From a bacterium (lineage in GTDB: Bacteria; Electryoneota; Electryoneia; Electryoneales; Electryoneaceae), in NCBI GenBank assembly GCA_043801585.1, contig JAZDLX010000056.1:1-10500 (forward strand): DNA of 10,500 nt, in the 5' to 3' direction. The number at the start of each line of letters is the position of its first letter. The stretch's first letter is position 1. The translations under genes and the position numbers were made by a program. The notes beneath the pieces were generated by a model. It made no database searches and was not told the DNA's origin. It saw only the letters and a program-made list of their open reading frames with translations. Shown one piece after another: positions 1-6,273 of the stretch.

Positions 1-2455
1 GGAGGTCTACCTCCGACTGAATCAACGAAAGGTTGGACGTCATGGTGAACGTCCTCATGTGATCGCTGATCAGGCCGAGGTTCTGCCGTACTTCAAACTC
101 AACACCGTAGTTGCGCGCAGCCAGGGCGTTGTCGTAGGAAACCCGTATCTGCGCGGTGTTCTGCAACACAGTTTCGATGGGATTCTCGAAATTCTTGTAG
201 AAAACGCTGACGGCGACGAGATCCGCCACACCGTGGACCGCCTCCCAGCGCAGGTCGTAGTTCTGGATCAGCGCACGTTTCAGGTCGGGGTTTCCGATCA
301 CCGCATAGCCACCGACAAAATCCGTGTACTCAAACGCCGACATCTCACGGAAGTCGGGACGGGATACCGTCTGGCTCGCGGCAAAACGGAGGTTCATCCG
401 GTTCGCCACCAGGTATTTGAACGTGATCGCAGGCAACAGATCGGCGGTCTGGATTGTCGAGGAAATCTGGCTGGCATCGGAAAGTAGAATGAAGGGCTGA
501 TACCCGTCGACTGACTGACGGCTGTCCTCGAAACGCACCCCGCCCGCCACGAAGAGCCTCGGGTGCAGGTTGGTCTCAACCATCATGTACCCGGCGAGGA
601 GTGTCTGGCTGGCCGTGTAACTGTCGTTGGGACGTGTATACTCGTTGATCTCCCAACCGAAGGGATGGATGTTCTCCGGCGCAAAAATGACCTCAGGCGC
701 CTGGGAGAGAAACCCGATATCCGACGCCTGTGTAAATCCGGAGGTCGCCAGATAACGGAACTTTCGGTAATTGGAATCGCGCGTGCGAACCTGTCCCGCC
801 ACCCCTGTCTTGATCTTGAGGTTTTCCGGACCTAAACCGGGGCGGAACGTCCAGTCGACACTGCCGCTGCGCGAATTGTCCACCAGGTTGTTGAAGAGAT
901 GGCTTGCGCTCTGGCTCTCCTCGGCCCAGTAGTATATACCCTGAACGGGATCCTGCTGATAAAGCTGTTCGCGTGTATCCGGTTCATCCCGGGTGCCACG
1001 GCTCCAGGTCATCTGCCAGTCAACCGTGCTGTTGGCGACATTCGGCAGCGCATGATGGCCAAAGAGCTGCGTGGTCAGGGTTTGTTCGGCGAGGAAACGA
1101 AGACGTGTGTCCCGGATGTTCGTTCCCTTGTCGTCGTTGTATCCCTGGAGCAGCCGGACTTCATCGGTGACATCGCGGCTGTAGAGGACGTTCAGGTTCA
1201 GGTTGTGCAATTCGTGCGGGTAGAACTTGAGCGCCAGCATCGAGCCGAGTCTCACCGCTTTCTGGTACGTATCGAACCGGTAGGAATGCCAGTCCGTGAC
1301 TTCACCGGGAGCGCCGCCCGCCTTGTAGACATTCCGCGGGCCGCTCTCATACTTGTAGGAATGGCCGTAGACACCGGTCATCATGTAAGCCATCGGGAAT
1401 CCGAACGCGTTGGCACGGTTGCCGATCGAAAGCGAGTAGCTCTGGTTCGGGCTCGCTGTCATCCCCGTCGGACTCCACACATTCTGGAAGGATTTGCCGT
1501 AGGTCTTGAGTTGATCCGGAGTGTAGCCGTATTCGCCTGTCAGCCCTGCGGAAACCAGCTTGTCCTTTGCCTCGGCAATGCCAGGGGGCATGGCGCGCGT
1601 GCCGTCGTCAATACCGAGCCAGTCATAGGCTCCACCCTGGTAAGTCTGGAACGGCTGTAAGGTGGTCCGGCTGTTGTACCCGCTGGAGACGGAGGCGGAG
1701 ATGTTCAGCGAGTGCGGCAACTCAAAGGTGTTCATGTTCACCGTGCCACCGGCAAACTCTCCGTTCTGATCGGGCAGGAACGATTTGTTGATCGTCACCT
1801 GGTTCATCAGGTTCGCCGGGAAGAGCTCAAGCGAAACCGCGCTGCGGTTCGGCTCGGTTCCGGCAACGGTGGCGTTGTTCAGGGTCACCTTGCTGTACCG
1901 GACACCCAGCCCCCGGATGATCGGATCGCCCTTTTCCACCGAAACACCGGTGGCACGGCGGACGACATTGGCGACGTCCGGATCGGGGAGCTTTCTCAGC
2001 ACTTCCCGGGAAACGGCATCAGTGATGGAAGATTTCTCCAGTCTTTCTTCCAGCTCGCGTTCCTGGGTCCCCGCCTCGCCGTGTGCGGCATAGGTGACTC
2101 CCTGCAGTTCCACCGTGGAGGGAGGAAGTTCCACCGACATTTCCACCGTCTTGTCACCGATCTCCACGCCTTCCTTCACCACCGCCTGATAACCGAGCAT
2201 GGTGAAATGAAGGATGTATGTCCCGGACGCAAGGTTGAAAATGACGAAATTGCCGTCCAGGTCGGTGGCGGCTCCGCGTCTGGTTCCTTCCACCGTGACG
2301 TTCGCGCCCGTCAGCGGCAGTTTGTTGTCGCCACCGGTGACAGTGCCCTCGACGTTCCCCGCGACCGCCTCAGCGGCCGCGAATAACAGAAGGACCAGAA
2401 AAGGAATGATTCGCCGGATTGCCTTCACCCTCAAGGTGCTCATCTTGTTGCCCAT
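1..2455 (-). CDS. TonB-dependent outer-membrane receptor with N-terminal carboxypeptidase-regulatory-like domain and plug; 3' end truncated by the window edge
   Basis: Manual translation from ATG 2455 (alternative in-frame ATG 2443) gives a signal peptide MGNKMSTLRVKAIRRIIPFLVLLLFAAAEAVAG. Next is a CarboxypepD_reg-like segment NVEGTVTGGDNKLPLTGANVTVEGTRRGAATDLDGNFVIFNLASGTYILHFTMLGYQ. Then a plug (DVANVVRRATGVSV...IIRGLGVRYSKVTLNN...VSLELFPANLMNQVTINKSFLPDQNGEFAGGTVNMNT), a YQGGAYDWLGIDDGTR motif, and barrel-like sequence ending ...MRTFTMTSNLSLIQSEVDL at base 2 in the same frame. I translated both ends; continuity of the middle is inferred from the shared frame and the absence of any stop-terminated ORF in this frame in the track. 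About 818 codons lie in the window. Confidence 0.93.
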   Translation of the reverse strand, partial: MGNKMSTLRVKAIRRIIPFLVLLLFAAAEAVAGNVEGTVTGGDNKLPLTGANVTVEGTRRGAATDLDGNFVIFNLASGTYILHFTMLGYQAVVKEGVEIGDKTVEMSVELPPSTVELQGVTYAAHGEAGTQERELEERLEKSSITDAVSREVLRKLPDPDVANVVRRATGVSVEKGDPIIRGLGVRYSKVTLNNATVAGTEPNRSAVSLELFPANLMNQVTINKSFLPDQNGEFAGGTVNMNTFELPHSLNISASVSSGYNSRTTLQPFQTYQGGAYDWLGIDDGTRAMPPGIAEAKDKLVSAGLTGEYGYTPDQLKTYGKSFQNVWSPTGMTASPNQSYSLSIGNRANAFGFPMAYMMTGVYGHSYKYESGPRNVYKAGGAPGEVTDWHSYRFDTYQKAVRLGSMLALKFYPHELHNLNLNVLYSRDVTDEVRLLQGYNDDKGTNIRDTRLRFLAEQTLTTQLFGHHALPNVANSTVDWQMTWSRGTRDEPDTREQLYQQDPVQGIYYWAEESQSASHLFNNLVDNSRSGSVDWTFRPGLGPENLKIKTGVAGQVRTRDSNYRKFRYLATSGFTQASDIGFLSQAPEVIFAPENIHPFGWEINEYTRPNDSYTASQTLLAGYMMVETNLHPRLFVAGGVRFEDSRQSVDGYQPFILLSDASQISSTIQTADLLPAITFKYLVANRMNLRFAASQTVSRPDFREMSAFEYTDFVGGYAVIGNPDLKRALIQNYDLRWEAVHGVADLVAVSVFYKNFENPIETVLQNTAQIRVSYDNALAARNYGVEFEVRQNLGLISDHMRTFTMTSNLSLIQSEVDL

Positions 2456-2558
2456 GTTTTGTGCTATCCCATCCCGATGTCGAATGAATCGCCCCCATGG
2501 CGGTCGACACAGCATCATCGAATGCGCCGGTAAAAAGGCCGAGGACTGCTAAGAGTGG

Positions 2559-2585
2559 ATGAGACAATTGTTAGGTAACTGTGAG
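2559..2585 (-). promoter_or_regulatory. Putative Pho-box-like (OmpR/PhoB-family) operator: three pentamers at 11-bp period
   Basis: The minus strand reads CTCAC-agttac-CTAAC-aattgt-CTCAT (plus-strand GTGAG 2581-2585, GTTAG 2570-2574, ATGAG 2559-2563). It lies about 105 bp upstream of the receptor ATG and directly behind phoB-phoR. Confidence 0.55.
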
Positions 2586-2625
2586 CGGAGCCAGTGGAGA
2601 GTTAGTGGGACTTAAGAAGGCTATG

Positions 2626-4413
2626 TTACCTGTGATCACTGAACTTAAGGAGGTGTATAGTAAAGGTACTCCCGACGCCGAGAGTGCTCTCGACGGCAAC
2701 ACTTCCGCTGTGAGCGAGGGCGATGTGTTTGACAATTGCTAACCCCAGCCCGGTGCCTCCGACCTGGCGGCTGCGGCCCTTGTCAACACGGTAAAACCGC
2801 TCGAACAGGCGAGGCAGGTGCTCCGGCTGGATGCCCAAGCCCCGGTCCGTCACATTGATCCGGATTTCCGATTCCGTTTCCTGCACATCGATTGTGATCG
2901 GCGCATCAGCCCCACTGTACTTGACGGCGTTGTCGATCAGGTTGATAATCGCCTGTTCAAGCAGCGGCGCGTTGATCCAGGCTGTCGTACTGGACGGACA
3001 ATGGATTTCGATGGCGATGTTTTTTGCCTTCGCCTGGGGGGTCACGGCCATGACAGCACTATGGATGACTTCCTGCAGCGACTCTTCATTCATCTCGATA
3101 TCAAGGTTTTCGGCGTCCCGTTCGATGCGTGCCAGGCTGAGCAGATCTTCGATAATCGCGTCAAGCCGGTCCGCCTGGCGGCTGATGATGTCCACGAAAC
3201 GGCGGGCATCCTCCGGATGTTCGAGAGCACCGTCCCGCAACGTCTCCACGAATCCCTTGATCGAAGTGACCGGAGTCCGGAGTTCGTGCGAAACGTTGGC
3301 GACGAAATCGCGGCGAGCGTGTTCAAGACGGCGCAACCGTGTCACGTCATTGAGTACAACGACGGCTCCCATGCTCTGCCCCGCTTCATCGATGAGCGGA
3401 CGTCCATGCGCCTGGAGATACCGTGGATCGCCTGCGGCATCCAGTATAATCTCATCCTCCAATTCGCCGGATGTCGAAAGAGCTTCGACGATGAACAGGC
3501 GGACGTCCGGGTTGGAGATCACTTCCTGAATCGTTTTGCCACGGACCTGCTTGCGGTCCACATCAAACAGCCGCGCTGCCGCCTTGTTGATGCTGATCAC
3601 CAGACCCTTCGCATCCACGGCAAGCACACCCTCCGAGATCGAGGAAAAGACCGCCTTCTGCTCTTTCCGCTGAAGGAGAATGGTCTGGATGCGATCCTCG
3701 AGCTGGGTGGCCATCTGGTTCATCGCTTCCGCAAGCGACACCACCTCCTCCGGCCCTCGGGTCGAAAGTTGGCCGGAGAGATCGCCGTCGGCGATTCTCT
3801 GCGCTTGCCGGCGAATGCGTTCGAGCGGATGCGTGATCCGGCGTGCATTCACCCAGCTGATCCATGCGGCGAGAAGGGCGATCACAATCCCGCCCATCGC
3901 GATCCGCTGATAAATCGAGGATAGTGTGTGGTCGATAACTGTAACGGGTGTCGAGGTACGCAGCACACCGGCCACCCGGCCGCCAATGTGCAACGGCACC
4001 GCAACGTACATCATCTTCAGGTGCAGCGTGTTGCTGTAGCGGCTGGAACTGCCAACCGCACCCTCGAGAACTTCCACAACCTCCGGCCGGTCACGGTGGT
4101 TATCCATCTCTTCGGGTTTCTTCTCGCTGTCACCGACCACCCTGCCATCCGGAAGAATCACCGTAATCCGGGTTTTTGAATTGGCGCCGAGCTCCTTGCA
4201 GAGGGGGTCGATCTCCTGTTCGTTGGATTCGGCAAGGAGTTTCTCGATTTCCGGCCGGAGAAGAATGGCGCGGGCTTCGAGGTCCTGTGTGGTGACATGC
4301 AGGAAAAACTTGCGAAGGGAGCGCGAGCCGTAGGCCGTAACCGCGGCGAGCGAGAGCAAAGTGATCAACAGGTAGGATGGGAAAAGCTGCCAGATAAAAC
4401 GTCGCCGGACCAC
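2626..4413 (-). CDS. phoR: Phosphate regulon sensor histidine kinase (TM, extracytoplasmic Cache-like domain, TM, HAMP, PAS, HisKA, HATPase_c)
   Basis: 595 aa, GTG start with AAGGAG upstream inside the end of the regulator gene. Two hydrophobic segments flank a periplasmic RITVILPDGRVVGDS...MDNHRDRPEV domain typical of long PhoR proteins. H-box FVANVSHELRTPVTSIKGFVETL, N-box NLIDNAVKY, G-boxes DRGLGI and FERFYRVDKGRSRQVGGTGLGLAIVKH. Confidence 0.9.
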   Translation of the reverse strand: MVRRRFIWQLFPSYLLITLLSLAAVTAYGSRSLRKFFLHVTTQDLEARAILLRPEIEKLLAESNEQEIDPLCKELGANSKTRITVILPDGRVVGDSEKKPEEMDNHRDRPEVVEVLEGAVGSSSRYSNTLHLKMMYVAVPLHIGGRVAGVLRTSTPVTVIDHTLSSIYQRIAMGGIVIALLAAWISWVNARRITHPLERIRRQAQRIADGDLSGQLSTRGPEEVVSLAEAMNQMATQLEDRIQTILLQRKEQKAVFSSISEGVLAVDAKGLVISINKAAARLFDVDRKQVRGKTIQEVISNPDVRLFIVEALSTSGELEDEIILDAAGDPRYLQAHGRPLIDEAGQSMGAVVVLNDVTRLRRLEHARRDFVANVSHELRTPVTSIKGFVETLRDGALEHPEDARRFVDIISRQADRLDAIIEDLLSLARIERDAENLDIEMNEESLQEVIHSAVMAVTPQAKAKNIAIEIHCPSSTTAWINAPLLEQAIINLIDNAVKYSGADAPITIDVQETESEIRINVTDRGLGIQPEHLPRLFERFYRVDKGRSRQVGGTGLGLAIVKHIALAHSGSVAVESTLGVGSTFTIHLLKFSDHR

Positions 4414-4416
4414 CCG

Positions 4417-5109
4417 TCACTCCTTGAAACGATAGCCGACACCACGCACGGTTTCAACGAGGTGGGCGCAGTCGCCAAGTTTTTTCCGCAAACCGACGAT
4501 CTGGACGTCCACACTGCGGTCGGAAACGGGGTGATCATCGCCGCGCACGGCGTCGACGATCTGGTACCGTGTGAACACCCAACCCGGCCTGCGCGCCATC
4601 AGGTGAAGAATGCGAAACTCGGAATAGGTCAGATCGACAGGGGCGCCATCCACCAGCACCTCATGACGTCCGGGATGGATGCGCAACCCCTCGCGGTCGA
4701 TTACCGAAGCTTCGTCGGGAGTGCTCATATCCGAGCTACGGCGGCGGAGAACCGCCCGGACACGGGCAATCAGGACCCTCGGGCTGAACGGTTTGGTGAT
4801 ATAGTCATCCGCCCCGAGTTCAAGTCCTGTGACAATGTCCGGCTCCTCGCCCTTGGCGGTGACGATCACGATCGGCAGATCCGATGTGGTCTTGTCACCT
4901 TTCAGCGCGCGGCAGACGCCAAAACCGTCGATCCCCGGCAGCATCAAATCAAGCACCAGCAGGTCGGGATGCTTTTCTCGGGCGATCCGGATCCCATTTT
5001 CACCGTTCGCCGCTTCTGTAACCAGGTACCCTTCCCGTTGCAGATTGTACCGGATCAGCTCGCGGATATCGTCCTCGTCCTCGATAACGAGGATGTGTTC
5101 CCTGGCCAT
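4417..5109 (-). CDS. phoB: OmpR/PhoB-family DNA-binding response regulator (PhoB/PhoP type)
   Basis: Receiver domain ILVIEDE...LLVLDLMLPG...TAKGEEPDIVTGLELGADDYITKPFSPR, and winged helix DRSVDVQIVGLRKKLG...VETVRGVGYRF. The stop lies 3 nt before the phoR start. ATG 5109 has GGGGA 6 nt upstream; ATG 5115 is the alternative start. Confidence 0.88.
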   Translation of the reverse strand: MAREHILVIEDEDDIRELIRYNLQREGYLVTEAANGENGIRIAREKHPDLLVLDLMLPGIDGFGVCRALKGDKTTSDLPIVIVTAKGEEPDIVTGLELGADDYITKPFSPRVLIARVRAVLRRRSSDMSTPDEASVIDREGLRIHPGRHEVLVDGAPVDLTYSEFRILHLMARRPGWVFTRYQIVDAVRGDDHPVSDRSVDVQIVGLRKKLGDCAHLVETVRGVGYRFKE

Positions 5110-5242
5110 GATCATTCCCCAATCTTGGCTGCCACCTCAGCGCAGTATCACGCCGCCGAAAAGGTACACCCTCGTTTTTGCGCACGCTACACGCAAAGGA
5201 GAGATCGAGGATCAACTTCGGCTCTGCAAGTCCCGCAAACGC

Positions 5243-5271
5243 TTGACTGGGTCACCTCCCTCACGTATATC
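5243..5271 (+). promoter_or_regulatory. Possible sigma70-type promoter for trmH
   Basis: TTGACT (5243-5248), 17-nt spacer, TATATC (5266-5271). A GAGGTG ribosome-binding site follows at 5301-5306 before GTG 5314. The -10 element lacks the conserved final T. Confidence 0.4.
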
Positions 5272-5313
5272 CCTGTATCCGTCCCTGTCCTGTCAACATC
5301 GAGGTGAACGCCT

Positions 5314-6030
5314 GTGAGTGCTGCGCGTCTGAAAGAACCGATCATTCCAGAAGATCCCGCCGTTCGACGCGCCCTGATGAATCACCTTAAAGATTTCGTC
5401 TCCGAGAACAAACTGAAACGGTTTGATGACGTTCTCCCAAACCGGACACGTCATGTCACCGTGGTCGTGGAAGACATCTACCAGCCCCACAACGCCAGCG
5501 CAGTCGTCCGTTCCTGCGACCTGTTCGGCATCCAGGACATGCATGTCATCGAGAACAGGAACCACTACACGCTCAGCTCAGGAGTCTCCGTCGGAGCGAG
5601 CAAATGGGTCACGCTGCACCGCTGGAACCAACGCGGCGAAGACAACACGAACCGTTGCCTTGGTGAGCTGAAGGCGAAAGGCTACCGCATCGTCGCGACA
5701 ACACCACACGACAACGATGTCCTGCTTCCCGACCTCCCCGTCGAACATCCCCTGGCACTCGTCTTCGGAAATGAGGAAACCGGTCTCTCGCGCAGAACCA
5801 CCGAACTCGCCGATGAATTTGTCAAGATTCCGATGGTCGGGTTCACCGAATCTTTCAACATTTCCGTGTCTGTCGCCCTCGCCCTTTACGACGTTATGCA
5901 TCGTCTCTGGCGATCCGAAGTCAACTGGCGGATCACCGAGCCCGAGCGGGATGAATTGCGCCTGGTGTGGATGCAGAAAGCTCTCAACCGCTTTCCCGCG
6001 CTTGTGAAGGATTTTCTTGAAAAGGGGTGA
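5314..6030 (+). CDS. trmH: SpoU/TrmH-family RNA methyltransferase, likely tRNA (guanosine(18)-2'-O)-methyltransferase
   Basis: 238 aa with SPOUT motifs RTRHVTVVVEDIYQPHNASAVVRSCDLFG, ALVFGNEETGLS and KIPMVGFTESFNISVS. GTG start with GAGGTG upstream. Confidence 0.9.
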   Translation: MSAARLKEPIIPEDPAVRRALMNHLKDFVSENKLKRFDDVLPNRTRHVTVVVEDIYQPHNASAVVRSCDLFGIQDMHVIENRNHYTLSSGVSVGASKWVTLHRWNQRGEDNTNRCLGELKAKGYRIVATTPHDNDVLLPDLPVEHPLALVFGNEETGLSRRTTELADEFVKIPMVGFTESFNISVSVALALYDVMHRLWRSEVNWRITEPERDELRLVWMQKALNRFPALVKDFLEKG

Positions 6031-6042
6031 CGGTAGTCAGGA

Positions 6043-6082
6043 GGGACAGTTTCTCTTTTGCGCAGCAAAAGGTAACTGTCCC
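6043..6082. repeat. Intergenic imperfect palindrome (REP-like hairpin or possible trmH terminator)
   Basis: GGGACAGTT (6043-6051) pairs with AACTGTCCC (6074-6082). Inner CTTTTGC (6055-6061) pairs with GCAAAAG (6065-6071) around a GCA loop. It starts 12 nt after the trmH stop and has no U-tract. Confidence 0.75.
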
Positions 6083-6091
6083 AGTGGAAGT

Positions 6092-6129
6092 TGTGACAGC
6101 ATATCCTGGACAACAGGTATACTGTCACA
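6092..6129. repeat. Second intergenic imperfect palindrome
   Basis: TGTGACAG (6092-6099) pairs with CTGTCACA (6122-6129). Inner ATA/TAT and CCTG (6105-6108)/CAGG (6114-6117) close a GACAA loop. Confidence 0.7.
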
Positions 6130-6273
6130 GCAAGCGTGTCTCCTCTTCCAAGCAGTTCATTTCGCGTCTTAGCCCAGGCATACTACTCACCCCCCATTCC
6201 ATTGTATTAAGTTTCATTCTGAATCTTGGGTTATGCAGAATTGTACTCTGATCCTCTTCTTATGGAGAGTGCA

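Noticed and set aside
59..2386. Plus-strand ORFs 59-487, 563-835, 899-1660 and 1712-2386
   Set aside because: All lie in the exact antisense codon register of the TonB-dependent receptor and have no recognisable motifs. They are shadow ORFs.
5271..5296. CTGT/CTGTC short repeats before trmH as a Pho box
   Set aside because: The spacing is irregular, there is only one good half-site, and it lies downstream of the putative -10.
2818..5317. Long plus-strand ORFs 2818-3924, 2831-3529, 4297-5307 and 4829-5317
   Set aside because: They are antisense shadows of phoR and phoB, expected in GC-rich coding DNA.
6031..6150. Cobalamin riboswitch, suggested by fragments AGTCAGGAG and GTAACTGT
   Set aside because: The fragments are in the wrong order on both strands, and the other conserved elements are missing.
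6027..6251. 74-aa ORF overlapping the trmH stop
   Set aside because: It runs through the palindromic spacer and has no protein-like features. It cannot be fully excluded but is unsupported.
6226..6273. Longer start (TTG 6226) for the PEGA protein
   Set aside because: It has no RBS and adds an acidic extension before the signal peptide. ATG 6274 with GGAGAG fits better.
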